Part shown: positions 49,959 to 63,705 of the stretch, piece after piece
How the letters are laid out: each line of letters opens with the position of its first letter
Numbering within the stretch: the first letter of the stretch is position 1
Source: Podarcis erhardii
Lineage: Eukaryota
Direction: 5' to 3' (one strand)
Assembly (NCBI GenBank): GCA_964252035.1
Contig: OZ176201.1
Length of the DNA: 64,000 nucleotides
Position numbers and translations under genes: made by a program
The notes under the pieces: model-generated
Databases searched by the model: none
Seen by the model: only the letters and a program-made list of their open reading frames with translations
Told to the model about the DNA's origin: nothing

Positions 49959-51710
49959 TATGTGTGTCCCAATGCCTCAATGGAGCCAACCAGAACATGA
50001 CACCTGCACCAAAGTTTCTGTGGCAAAATACAATTCCATACAATTGTAGAGTTGCAAGGACACCCTAGTCCAACTCTGCTCAACTATAGCATCCCTGGCA
50101 GAAGGTACTCAAACCTCTGTTTAGATACTTCCAGCCAAAGAAGAGAGCCTGCCATCTCCCAAGGTAGGCTATGGCACTACCAAACAGCTTCTATAGTTAT
50201 GGAAATTTATCCTGAGGCAGTCTCTCTCAAACTCTTCCCCTGACCCCTCATGGACCACTTGGAAACTGCCAGGTGTCTCAGTGGATCACTTAATAAACTT
50301 TTTCTTTTGTCCTACAAATTAAAGCACAAATGTAACTCATGCTTTAATAACACGCCCCCCTCCAGTGCTGCTTTATGACCATCACAGACCCTAGGCTAGT
50401 CTTGCCAGCCTGTTTGAGATCATATGCCCTGGTCAAAACAGCCTAGATATCTGTGTTTTGTGTATGTGCGTGTTTGCATGCGTGCATAATTGATCAGGTA
50501 CAGAGCCAAGTACAGCTGTTCTCAATTGTTCCCCCTTTTTTATTTGTTGACTACCTGCATGGAGCCCATGGACCACCAGTGGTTTGCACATCACTGTTTG
50601 AGAACCTCTGTCTTGATATTTAGCTAGTCCTACCCATTCTGAGGATTGCTTCCAACCCAGGGCTAAACCTAAGAGGACACAGCACCCTCCTGAGACATAA
50701 CCAAAGTTGGCCCTGCCTACTCTGGAGCACCAGAGACTGTCACAACTAGACAGTCCAAGCTGGAGGGAAGGCATTTATGCCCCCCAAATGTTTCCTTTGT
50801 TTTTATATGACAGATGGAAATTTTGTTGTGGACTGATCAGTCTGATTCATCTCTGTATTGTTGGGATGGGGATTAGAACGTGATGTCACCCCAGATCAGA
50901 CTAGCTAACAATCTTGATATTTGGAACAACGCACATGGTTTTGGCCACCCATCTCAAAGGCAAAAAGTAAGCTGGGAAACGTGCAGGAAATGACTGCCAT
51001 GAGATGTTGGTGACTGCCAATGACCTAGATGGAATTACAAGGTTCTGGGGGGGGAAATCATGAAAATATTAGCTAAGTGGAGTCTCCATGTTCAAAAGCA
51101 GTATGACTGTCAAATAGCAATTGCAGGGGGTCAACACTGGGACAAGGGGTTATTACACCCTTAGTTTGCTTATGGGCTTTCCAGAGGCATCTTGTTGGCC
51201 ACTGTGAGATGCTGAACTAGATGGACCTTCAGTCTGATCCCACAGGGCTTTAATTCTCTTTTGCTGAAAGTGAACTTTGCTCTGAAAGACTGATAAGATC
51301 TAAAGGGCATTTCTGCATTTTAGTCATTTGTCATCAGCTTATACAAGATGACATCCTGCACATTACCAGCAGCTAGGATGAACTGTTATCAGAATTCTAC
51401 CAGAGCCAGCCCAACCATTAGGGAGAGTGCAGTGGCAGAATAAAGAAGCCACAAAAAGTGGCAAATCAGCCAATAATTTACTTTATTAGAAGATGTTCAT
51501 TTTACTTGGGTGAGCAGGAAGCCATTTGGATTTTGTGTCACAAGCCACAAAATGTCTTTGCAAAGGCCATGAGAAGCAGCTTACTGCAACACACAGAAAA
51601 CCGCTTTTTTCAAGCCCTCCAGAGTGGCAAGATTTAGCAAAGACAAAAGGTTAGCAACTAGAAGTTTATCAGCACAAACACCAAAGCAGACGGAAGGCGC
51701 AGCTCCTTAC

Positions 51711-51716
51711 CAGCTC
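51711..51716 (-). CDS. DCTN2: DCTN2 6-nt microexon GAGCTG (EL)
   Basis: The minus strand reads long pyrimidine tract...cacaag GAGCTG gtaagg. It supplies the EL of the long p50 isoform (AEFDA-FAQ-EL-EELT). Confidence 0.88.
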
Positions 51717-52947
51717 CTTGTGTTTCCACCAGAGATGGAAAAAGGAAGGGGGGGAGTTAAGAAGGAGAGGGGGAGAGAGATGGGGGAGAGGAGGGGAAGA
51801 AAAGACAAAAATTGTATTAGAAGGTTGTCACATGCACTACACACCAAAAGTTCAAACATATTTGCAGCACAAGAAAACCCATCTCTGCCAAGCCTGATCC
51901 CCCACTCCAGTGTTTTGTTGCTTCCAGTACCTTTGGTGGTACTTTTGGGAAGGTCGCAGCAAAGGGGGTTTCTTGAGAAGGGAAGTAATGAAGTTATGCA
52001 TTCCCATATACCATGCAAGACTGCTATGCGGTTACTGAGTTAAGAAATACGGCAGCGAGATGTTAAGGTGAAGCCACTATGCTCAAAGCACATGGGGGGA
52101 AATGAGATGGAGCAGTGAAAGTGGCATGTTAGTGCTGGCAGAGAGCATCCAAGCAAGTGCTGTCTCCTCCTCCTTACCCTGCTGTAAGAGTTGAACAAGA
52201 GCCTTCCTTCCTAAATGCCTCTCCTTCCAAGAGGGTGGGTGGCCTTCAATAATTAACAGGGAAATGTTGTTTTTGCTGCAGTTTTAGATGGCACCCCAAC
52301 AGATCAAGCACAAAGGCCCAAGACTTTGAAAGAGAGGCATCTGAAGGCAAATATGGAAAGCAGAAGGTGGGAGGAAAAGATCCAAGAGAAGAACTGTCTC
52401 CTTTCATCCCTCTAGTTTGGGGAAATGAGATGCCAGTTTTTAAGCAGGGAAGTATCTAAGGCTCTGGAGGGGAGGTAGAAACTTCAGGGACGTCTGGCTG
52501 TAATTCCCACTCTTATCTGCTTGCTTGAGTTGAAAAGAACTGGTGAAGAAGTGATACTGCTTAATTCACACTGAACTTTAAACAGGTCTAGAGCTGCAAG
52601 ATGCGCCCATGTTGCCTTTTCCATTTGCCCTGCTGCTTTTCCCTGGGGAAACCCCTGGTTTAGCACTCAATTGGAACAAACAAGAAATCAGGTTTTCTGC
52701 AGATTGCTCATTTGTTCTGAGCTAAAGAGCAGGTTTTCCAGGGGAAAACAGCAGTGCAAAGGCAAAACCACTCAGATCCATGTGGGACAAGTGGAAAACT
52801 GCTCAGACCCATGCTTTCTGGGCACGGGACAAGCAAAAGTGTGGGGTAATAGGATATCCTAGGATGCAATTCTTCAGAAATACAAATACACTACATTCTG
52901 GGAGAGCTGCAAAGGCCTTCCAACTGATAGAATGATGATTGCAAGTG

Positions 52948-53117
52948 NNNNNNNNNNNNNNNNNNNNNNNNNNNNNNNNNNNNNNNNNNNNNNNNNNNNN
53001 NNNNNNNNNNNNNNNNNNNNNNNNNNNNNNNNNNNNNNNNNNNNNNNNNNNNNNNNNNNNNNNNNNNNNNNNNNNNNNNNNNNNNNNNNNNNNNNNNNNN
53101 NNNNNNNNNNNNNNNNG
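52948..53117. other. Assembly gap (170 N)
   Basis: Run of N. Confidence 1.
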
Positions 53118-56100
53118 CAAAACAAGCCTTTGGTTAACCTAAGTGAGGCTTCTTGGTTTGCCTTGCTGGCAAAGTGCTCAACATACTCCAATTCTGGTTC
53201 AAATCCCAGCTGATCACTGAAGGCTGGGATTGAGAACATGTCAAAAGTATCCTTGTGCCTCACTGCCACACAGGCAGTGAGGAGAAACAAGCAGGTCCTT
53301 CAAACTGGTTTTTCTCTCTCTCTACTTTAGCAAGCTGGCCACAGAAGCCAGCATCATTTTCCTAACTCTCTACAACCGGTGACACAGCTATGTAATTTTA
53401 GACTTTGCACTTAATGGTACTGGATGGCGGCAGGTGGGGGGAGAACTATTTAGGGGGTAATTTGTATTACTTCAGAAGTGGTGACCTGGCCCTCCTGCAG
53501 CCCATTATCTGCCAGCCCCTCCTGCAGCCCATTACTTCTGCCCCAAAGCCTGATAGCACCCACTGCCAGCCAAGGATTCAATTTGCCTTTATTAACGTCA
53601 CTCTCACTAGGTACCTGACTGACAGGGTGGGATGGAAATGACTCACAGGTGGCAAAGAAAGACAGCTTGTTTTTTAGGAACCAGAGAGAGCTCTCATGCT
53701 GCATTCCCTCCAGATGGCAAATGTGAAAAACTTCAAAGAGCATTGCTTGTCCCAGAATACCCAGGGGACTGGAAAAGATCCTCCTCAGGAGCATGCAGAT
53801 GAAATGTGGAGGGGGTGGAGAGAGCAATCAAAGCACGTTTTACAGCAACGTGAGCCTCTCGCATATGTATGCATGGCTGCAGTGTATCAGCTAAGCATTA
53901 TTGTGCTCTTCCCCATTAGACGGTTGCCCCAACTGCTGGTTGCCTCTCCACCCCCCACAGAAAGCTGCCACTTCTGCCTCAAGCACTTGCTGTTGGCAGG
54001 CACAAAAGTGCCCTCACATTAGAGAAGCTAAGTTGGAAGGGGCCCAGTGCAAGTTCTTCCTCTCACCTGTATATTCCTTGGAGGAGGAGGAGGAGCCAGC
54101 AAAAAAGAGTGCTATTTGGTATGCTAAAGGTGTTGAGGATTCTCCCATACAAGTCTATTTAAGTCCTACGGAAATCAGTGGGACACCCACACTCTTAAGC
54201 ACACAGGTCCCACAAATTTTAATGGGCATCTAATTTTGACCATTCATGGCTTCCCTCCCACACAGAATCCTGGAAACTGTAGCTTACCCCTAACCAAACT
54301 ACAGTTCCCAGCACCCTTTAACCATGGTTCCCAGGATTCTTTGGTAGGAAGCCATGTGCATAAACTGTATGCTGTGGATATGATCCTCTCTCTATCCAGG
54401 GATAATGAAGCAGGCGCTTCACTGGGCTCCAAGAGTCTTTTTCCTTAGTAGAAAACCTATTGGCATCATCAACCCAAACACATAACAAGATCACAGCATC
54501 CTTGTGCTACCTAGGGGGCATCTGCACAGGTATTATGGCCTACATTGCCTCAGCTCTGCCCTTCCAATATAGGGCAGCCATCAGCAAAGCATTCAGTGCC
54601 ACTACAGTCAGAGTCTGCACAAGGCTTCCCCACCCAAGGCAAGCAGAGAGGCAGCTAAACAGAGGCCACGTGACCAAGCAAGGAGTTGTCTGTGGCAGAG
54701 GGAACAAAGAAGAGGCTGGTATCTGCCTCCTGGGCTGTGAGGTAGGCTTGAAAGGAGCCATTTTTCTCAGCCTGACATTTAGCTGACACAGACATGGATT
54801 TCAATGACAGCAGTTTTAAGCCTGTGCTAAACTTTCCATATTGAAATCAATATGGTTGGTGGGGGGAACGAATGCTTAACTTTGGCAAAATCGTGCCTAG
54901 TTTTCTTTTTAAGTCCTAACAAAAGCAATAATGGGATGATTAAGACATCTGACAGTCTCAGTTTTTTGCTTCTGCTGAAATCATCCCCAAAGTTGGAGCG
55001 GGGGGGGGCAGGGGGGGACCCTGGGGAAAATAGGAATAAAATGTTAAGTGTTCTAAGAAAGGGTGGGCTGCGTCTTTCATCTTCAGAACTTCCCTTCTAC
55101 ATTCCACTCCCTTGCGCCCTTTCACCTCCGGGCACACAAATCTCCCACAATGCATTTCACATGCAGTGATCTTATAGAAAAGCGGGATTAAGAAAATGGA
55201 TTTCAAAATTTCAAGGAACCAGTATTAAAGATTTAGGAATCAGCCCTGCATAGGGCTGGAATCTATAGCACATACCCTTGTGATTGTCAGATATATGTAT
55301 ATGTGTATATTTAAATTATAAAAATGCATAATCAAAACAAAATTTAAAAAGTAAAATTTGTCAGATACCCTTGTAAATCAGGTGTTTAGGATTTTTCCAG
55401 CCCTGACTTGACAGAATGACACAAGAGCACCATAAAGGCAGCTTACAGATCAAGCTGCTTGGGAAAGACTGCCAGGAAAATCAATGTTTCAATCAGGTTT
55501 GGGTCTCCCTCCCCTCCAGATTTGATCTTGCATACTCAGGGCAGGCTGTTACACTTTCAACAGGCTTGGAAGCTGCTCAGTTCTCAGAATGAAAACACAG
55601 TTATTTTTCTACTTCACTTCTCTTCTACTTCCTTGCTCATTATTCATTCTGATATTAGCCTAGGTCTGTGCAATGTATCTGTGCTACACAAATAAGAGGA
55701 GTTGGCAGGGATGTGTATGCAGGGGCGAGGGGTGAGCCTAACACGGCTGAAATGAGCGAGTCCATCACACAGCTCCTGCTCATGGAACTCCCAGGTGACC
55801 TTGGGCTAGTCACTGTCTCTCAGCCTAACCTACCTCATAGGGTTGTGCCAAGGATAATATGGAAAGGAGGGGAATCATGTATGCCACTTTCAGACCCTTA
55901 GAGGAAAGGTGGGGTAAAAATGTAATAATATATAAATAGCTGACATCTTTAAAACTTAAAATGTTAGAAACAGATTGAAGAAGTCTTAAAGAACTGTAAC
56001 TTATGATCTGGTGCAGATGTAACAAGGGTAATGATGGTTCCCTGCCAACCATGCATAGTTTCCAATTGGCAAGCCAGCCTCATGAAAGCCTGCACTGTCC

Positions 56101-57458
56101 CCCACCTCCTCTCAAGCACAATTTCCCCCCTCTCTTCCCTAGTCACCTTGAACCTCAGTTTAACTGCTAAACTTTCGTGTTCTATCAGCACCAGTATTAA
56201 CCACGGCTTGCAAACCCAAAACAAACCTTGGTTTCAATCTCCAGGTAAGATGGGAACTCTAGTCAGCAGGACATCATTGGAGATGCAATTATAAATCGTG
56301 ATTAAATCTGACAACAAGTATGGAAGAATCCACACTGGAGAGGGGAGGAGGGTGAATTCCTATGGCTGGCTCCTGCAAACCACAATTTTGATGAAGCCAG
56401 TATTATATCTGCATTGGGTCTATTTGGTCTTCTTTTCTTATTGCCATGTCATCTGCATATTATATGGTGGCAAACACATGTAATTTTAAAGCCAGGGTTT
56501 ACCACACTGTCCATGGCAGCCTGGAGTTGTACTTATGGGGGTGTTAATCTGCATTTACACACAACTTACTTATGGATGTACCTGAAATACTTGTCTCTGA
56601 AATACTCGTGGTAACGTTTATGAAAGCCATTGATATAAAATTGATTTCCGTGCATAGATACAGATTTCAACCGGACTGCAACACTATACTCACTTAACCT
56701 GTGAATAAGTCCCACTGAACTCAACAGGGATTACCTCTCAGTAGTCTCATGTAGCATTCCACCGTAAAAATTACTGTCCTGAGGCTTAGGTGTTTCCTAT
56801 GTGACATGCCTCAGACCCACCCAGGGTCATGACTCTAATTTTGCTGAATATCTAAACTGATCTGTCAAGAACGAGTTTTGTACAGGAAGGAACACTTGCG
56901 AGATCCAGTGGGTTTAAAATGCAACAGAGCAGGCATTCAAGCCAAACCATCCCTTCCAAGTTGGAAACCCTGATCCTAAATATCAGATGTGGAAGTGGAA
57001 GGAACTTGGCTGCTGCTTGAATGGCAAGGAGTGGGAAGAGCTCAGAGGCATGCATCTGACATACTTCAGAACTAAGAACCAGCACTCCAATGCAGATTCT
57101 CAGCCATGCCTCCATCCTGCAATGTCTGATACATCCTGCCCCTGCCTGGTTCTCCTATAATTTGTGCCACTTCAACACAAGCTACCTTTATTCCCCAGAA
57201 TAAGGCTGGGCGATAACTGGTTTTCAATATCATGATATATCACCAGCAAACATCATGATATATCAATATATCATGATATCTGAAATAAAGAAAGAACTAC
57301 GCAGAGGCAAAAATGACAATGTCCTGCAACTGCTACTACTTAAGGGTCTAAAACTGATAAATGATTATATTACCAATCACCTCATGGTCACTTTCAGCAG
57401 CAGGCAAGCCAAAATGCATCCCAACAGGACTTTCAATTGTCCTGAATACCACCATTTG

Positions 57459-57554
57459 GTTGTTGTTGTTTAGTCGTTTGGTCGTGTCCGACACTTCGTG
57501 ACCCCATGGACCAGAGCACGCCAGGCACTTCTGTCTTCCACTGCCTCCCGCAGT
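57459..57554 (-). mobile_element. RTE-BovB LINE 3' end fragment
   Basis: Encodes LREAVEDRSAWRALVHGVTKCRTRPND; (CAA)n tail. Confidence 0.85.
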
Positions 57555-57886
57555 GAACCAAAAGTCCTGTTGGGATGCATTTTGGCTTTCCTGTTGATGA
57601 AACTGAGTGTGTAATGATTGATAATATTGTCATTTATCCGTTTTAGACACCTAAGTAGTAGCAGTTGCCAGACCATTGCCCTGTTCACCTCTGTATAGTT
57701 CCATCCTTATTTCAGACATTGTGGGAGATTGCAGTGTTTAACTGGTGACAACATTGCAATGTTTAGCTGGTGAGTTATCGCAATTTTGAAAAGCAGATAT
57801 CGCCTAGCCCTTACACACATTGTGACTTGTGATATATTGCCAGCTCAAATATTATGAAACACTTCAAACCGATTTTGGACAATATA

Positions 57887-58128
57887 CAGTGGTACCTCTG
57901 GTTACGTACTTAGTTCGTTCCGGAGGTCCGTTTTTAACCTGAAACTGTTTTTAACTTGAAGCACCACTTTAGCTAATGGGGCCTCCCACTGCTGTTGCGC
58001 CGCCGGAGAACGATTTCTGTTCTCATCCTGAAGTAAAGTTCTTAACCTGAGGTAATATTTCCAGGTCAGCGGAGTCTGTAACCTTTAACGTCTGTAACCT
58101 GAAGCGTATGTAACCCGAGGTACTACTG
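57887..58128. mobile_element. TcMar-Tigger-like MITE nested in the hAT element
   Basis: TIR cagtggtacctc.ggttac / gtaacccgaggtactactg; TA TSD. Confidence 0.85.
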
Positions 58129-58562
58129 TATTGATATATCGCCCAGCCCTACCCCAGAATCTACCATTTTACCCTTCAGAGTGCAAAAATAAGTATATTA
58201 ATGCAACTTCTATTATACTTTCCCTTTTCTCCTGAATCAACAGGCTGAAGTAAAATGAGGCTCCCTACTTCTCTTTCTTTCTCCTTTTCTTTTTCTTGAA
58301 AAAGCCTATAATCCTGAATTTACTGCTTTCCTCTGTTCTGTGCAAGAGCCCCAGTGAAAAGATAACAGCACCATGAATCATTCACAAATATATCAAAACA
58401 ACCCTTGATTAATAATCATTATTTCCCCACTGCCATATTATAAACAGGGATTTTAAAGTAATTAAAGAAGAGAAAAGTGCACAGTTACCCACATGCAAAA
58501 CACAAAAAGTCTAGAAGCATGCAGAGAAATAAAATAAGAAGAAGCATTTTTAATGGTCTTAC

Positions 58563-58571
58563 TTGTGCAAA
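58563..58571 (-). CDS. DCTN2: DCTN2 9-nt microexon TTTGCACAA (FAQ)
   Basis: The minus strand reads ...ccttgcctggacactag TTTGCACAA gtaaga. It supplies FAQ and lies in the correct order, upstream of the EL microexon. Confidence 0.92.
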
Positions 58572-59287
58572 CTAGTGTCCAGGCAAGGTGGTGTGAGGGG
58601 TGAAGGGGAAGAGCATTAGGAAAACTCAGATAAGTTCAAGTGTGCAACAGTTCAATACAAACACAGTTAAAACAGTTATCAGGCAAATTCCCAAAATCAT
58701 AAGGCATCCTCTATGGCAGCTGCAAAGGAACAAGCCTGTGGAACTAATAGCAGAGGTTAACAGAGCTGGATCAAAGGCCCCAAAAACCTTAGTGATTACA
58801 TAACCTTCAAAAACAACATTAAAAACACACAAATGTCTTGCAGTGCTTGTGGTACTCTCAATATAGCAACATTTAGTCCCAGCTTTTGTGTCACAGTACA
58901 GTATGGGCAGAGATGTATTTGGAAACTGGGAGCTGCTAAATCAAAATGCAGCATTGTTATTCTCCACCTGTCATCTGAAGTGGTACAGCCCATTTTACCA
59001 CCTCATTCCCAGCATCTTCAGGGCAGGCCTAATTCTGAACGGGAAACCCACCTACCCACCCTATCAGTTTCATGGAGCTCTACTCGAGCCCATGGGTTTC
59101 CCATAGACCAGGAACCACACAACAAAAAACCAGGGCTGTGTGTATTCTGCAATCCTACACCATCAAATATTTTAACTGTGTGCAGAATTCTACTTCCTGA
59201 GAATCTCCGTTTTTGTTTTGAGGGCTGTTTCTTTGTCCTTATAACTGTGAAAAAATAGGCTGAAGGTATGTGGGCGATGCTTTAAGG

Positions 59288-59423
59288 CAGTGTTTCCCAA
59301 CCCTGGGTCTCCACCTATTTCTGGACTCCAACTCCCATCATCCCTAGCTAGCAAGATCAGTGGTCAGGGGTGATGGGAATTGTAGTCCAAAAACAGTTGA
59401 AGACCCAAGGTTGGGAAACACTG
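59288..59423. mobile_element. Palindromic hAT MITE
   Basis: TIR cagtgtttcccaacc; 8-bp TSD CTTTAAGG. Confidence 0.85.
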
Positions 59424-62400
59424 CTTTAAGGGCAAGAGGCACACTGGATAGGATATGTCGATTTGCATTATTTAGACAACTTACAGAATTCAGCTTGCCT
59501 TGGGCAAAAGCAGAATGATGCCCATAATGCAGGAGCAACCAACACAATGTCCTGCAGACGTTGTTGGACTGCAACTTCCAGCAGTCCATGGCAAGAGATG
59601 ATGAGAGCTGTGTCCCAAAACATCTGGGAGGCACCACCCTCCCTACTCCTGCCATAACCTATTCTTTCCAATATAGGCCTCAAATAGCTTATACCCTCAC
59701 AGTACATCTGCATACAAAATCTGACATATGACCAATCACACACACAAATGGACATTCATGCTGTCAGGTTTTAAAATTTCCTCAGAAGTGGACATGTGAT
59801 TCTTGCTTCTTGCCACTTGGCTGCCATTTTCCTCATTGAAAGGAATTTTTTACAAAAAATTGTAAAGAACATCATTAGAATTTTAACTTTAAAGCCCAGT
59901 GACTGACACCAAATGATAAATACCTATGTGGTTCTCTTCTCTCATATTTCATATTCATATCTTGTCCATGTCCTTCTCTCCCCCCTACTTCATTCCTTCT
60001 AGGAATCTCTTCTATGTTTACACTGTAAAATGTCATGTCCACTGGTGACATTAATAGTAAAGCCTTCCAATACCAAACATATTAATTCTGAGAAAACAAA
60101 GTGTTATGAGTTCATGCCGAAAACTCTTCTTCACTCAACCTCCCGCTCCTCTCCACACCCTAGGACCCTCAGAGAAAGAAGCTGATGCTCTACCAGCCTG
60201 TCCTTTCCTGTAAGGTTAGCAAGCAGTGGTGCCTGCAAAGAAGAGAGACTTTGCACACCTCCCCCAAGCACTGACCTACTTTCAAGGAGTGAATCATTTA
60301 TAGGACGAAACCTTTATGCCAGCTCCCATCAGAGGAGCTCCTGAGCTCCCAACTTTTCATCTGGACATCTTTAATGACAGCCTCTTAAAATCCGTAGCAA
60401 CTAGAAAAAAAGAGCACTGCTTCTCTCTTTTGCTTTCTCAATGGCAGCCTTCTACCTCTCCCAACTCAGAGATCTGTCATTTTTGAGCATTTAGAAACGA
60501 TTCAAGTGAGGAGAACAACAGTTCCTGTCATTTATTTTCATGGAAGGAATTTTTCATTTCACAGGATTAAAAACTGTGATTCCATCAATTGCAACCCAAT
60601 CTGCAAGCAACCCAATCTGCAAGCGCTTGCTTCAGTCACCATGAAGCAAGCAAAGCCTTGAGCCTGTGCGTAGCCAATGTGGTGTTTTCCAGGTAAGTAG
60701 TGGGCTCAGATGTGTGGCTCTCCAGATGCTTTTGAAGTTCAACTCCTATCCATCCCAGCCAACATGACCAATAGTTAGGGGTGATGGGAGCTGGGAGTCT
60801 AATCACATCTGTGTCATTAATGCCCAGGTAACTCAATGGATTGAATACTGTTGTGTTATATGGGGCTGCCACTGAAACTTCAGCTGGTGCAGAGATGGAG
60901 AATCTGTGACCCTCCAGATATTGTTGGACTTCAACTCCCATCAGCTTCAGCCAGAATGGCCAACAGTCAGGGATGATGGAAGATGGAGTCCAACAACTCT
61001 TGAAGGTCCACCAGTTCCACACCCCTTCCCGAAAAGGGACCCCAAGGGCCATCTAGTCCAACCCCCTGCAATGCAGGAATCTCAACACATGGTTGCCATC
61101 CAATCTGAAACCATATTGGAACTTGCTTAGCTTTGCAAATGTGCTAGCAGTTTTATTCCTGCCCCAATGGTCGCCCTCCCAACTCATGAAGGGGAATTGG
61201 AACAGTGACAGGGCAGCAGAGCTAGTACGTGCTTCCCTGCTTTTATGTGTTTACTTCACACACATAAATAATGCCTTCCCACACACATCTTTGTACCCCT
61301 CAATTACCTTTACCTTTAACCTGCCACCATTCCCCTCCCTGACAAAACAACTTTTATGCAGTATAAATTCCAGCCCAATATGGGGTTTAAAAATCAAGTG
61401 CGGTTTCAGTTAGTGCAAAGCACATGATGCTATGTAAAAAAACGTGCAAGTTTCCTTAAACAGCTATGTTAATTATTCACACTAAATATGGAATCTTAAT
61501 TTGATATGGTGCAAGATTAGCAAGTTTCTGAATCCTATGCAGAAAACCAGATGTTCCAACCATAAGGGCAGCGTCAAAATGTTATATTTTTGGAATAGGT
61601 AGCCACTAATATCAAAAGTTTAGACACCCAGGTGCTGGGGATTTATGTCAAGACTACGTAAGGGAACTGGTGCCTCAACTGTTCCCCTCAGCATTGCCAA
61701 AGTAATGTATTATTCAAACCCTCCTCCCTCTCCCTCACCCTCCCCTCCCCACAGCCAGTTACTATGAGTTACTATGTACCTCATGCAATTCCTCTCAGGA
61801 GTATTGCATGCTTAGAAGGAAACGCAGCTTCTGTGCAACACACAGCAAAGCATTTAAGAGCAAACAATACCAGGTTGCATGGCTGGTTTTCACAGGGAGA
61901 TAGGACAAAATGCTAAAACACAAACCATGACTGCTGGAGTTCAGCATCTATTTACTAGTATCCCTCCTTTACAGAGAGGGTGGGTACTACAGAAAGCCAC
62001 AAACCAAACATTTTGTAGGATATGCAAGAGGAGAATCACATCCAAGACTCAAATATGAGCAGCCATCACATCTGAAACATCTTGTCTACGCATCAGCATT
62101 CATGGAGAAGCATTTCCACAAAGTGCAAGGGTGGACATGGTAGAGGCTCTTAAAAGTACGACTGATGCAGAAGAAAGATTTTTTTCTCTCCCCTTTTCAC
62201 AATACTAGAATTTGGGGTCACCCACTGAAACTGGTTGGCAGTAGGACCAAGAAAGACAAGAGGAAATACTTGACGTGTGTGTGCATGAGAAGTTATAATT
62301 CCCTGCTGCTGAACAGCTCCCACACAGTAATTTAACAGATGGAATTCATAACCACAAGAAATGGTAATGGCCATGGCCTTAAGATGCCTTGTAAGAGTAT

Positions 62401-63050
62401 GCTAAATTCTTCAAAGATAAGTCTATCAAGGGAGGTTAGGCATAATAATTAAATAGACTCTCCGTTATCAGAAACTGCATAGGCTACATAGGCCAGCAAT
62501 TCCATGGCCCATTTTTAAGCTTCCTAGAAGCAAAAGGCCGGCCATAGCTGGAAACAGCATGATAGACTAGATCAGTGATGGGAAACTGGTGACTTTCCCA
62601 CCAGGTGATGGACTTCAGGGGGTAGGAGCTGTCCATCAGCACCAGCCAACATGGCCAATAGCCAGTGATGATGGGAGCTGTAGACCAGCACTATCTGCAG
62701 AACCTTAGGCTTTTCACTTGATGAATGTAAAACAATGACCCAAGTTCATCTGGTCTAGTGTTGCCCTACTGCAACCTTTCCCTTTCTGATGCCCTCTAGA
62801 TGCTTTTGAGTACAAGCCCTAGCCAGCACGGTCAGCAATCATGGGAGTTGTAGTCCAAAGCATCTGGAGGGCACCAGGTGGGGAAGGCTCTCCAGGGTCT
62901 CAGGAAAAGAAGAGTCTTACTCAGGAACAGAACATGAGACCATCTTGCAGTGCTACCATTGAACTATGGTCCCTCTTCTGAAAAGCCATATGGAAGACAA
63001 AGGCTGGCAAACAAAAATTCTGTCTCAAACTTATCGTGCTTTGCATTTTT

Positions 63051-63351
63051 TTAAAAAATAATATTTCTTACCTTTTCCAACAATTTAAACACTACAAAAA
63101 ATAAAAACCATACAATACAATACAAAAAAACAACAACTATACATTACACTAACAAAACACTAACATTAAACTAACAAAACAAACGCAATTTAAAACACAT
63201 CAAATAATTTCAATATCTTATCTTTCATTCCCTTATTTCCGCGACCTCCTCACACCTCCCTTTTTGTATTCCACTTCTATTAATTTTTTCAGTAATTCCT
63301 TTCCATCTTCCTCTATTTTTAATCCTATAATTATCTTAACACATTCTAACC
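63051..63351 (-). mobile_element. Same LINE 3' end family
   Basis: TSD TCGTGCTTTGCATTTTT at 63034-63050 and 63352-63368. Confidence 0.7.
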
Positions 63352-63472
63352 TCGTGCTTTGCATTTTTAGCCTGCATCCGCAGCATTTCCCTAGAAAGAA
63401 AATGCAATGTATCATTTTCCAGCCTTAATTCACCTTTCCTCTAAAAAGGTTAGGGTGTCAGAATTAGGAGTA

Positions 63473-63683
63473 AAGGCAACTCCCAATTTGTGCAGGGGTT
63501 ACGTTCCAAGGTACCACACATTTAAATGAAATTGTGTATATTTGAAATACCATTGAGAAACCCTGCAAAGACCCCCTTCCAACACTGCCCCACCCCTTTT
63601 TGTGACGTTTCCAGGTCACTTCTGGGTTCGGCATGATACATAGTTGCACACATATTGAACACGCACGAATGGGGAGTTGTCTG
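63473..63683. mobile_element. Tigger-like MITE
   Basis: Imperfect TIR aggcaactccc / gggagttgtctg; TA flanks. Confidence 0.55.
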
Positions 63684-63705
63684 TATTCCATTGCATCCAG
63701 TATGG

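Larger units (their letters stand above)
57201..58151. mobile_element. hAT non-autonomous element with nested insertions
   Basis: 15-bp TIR ta(a/g)ggctgggcgata; 8-bp TSD CCCCAGAA at 57193-57200 and 58152-58159. Confidence 0.85.

Noticed and set aside
52803-53290. ORFs spanning the N gap
   Set aside because: Artefacts of untranslatable N codons.
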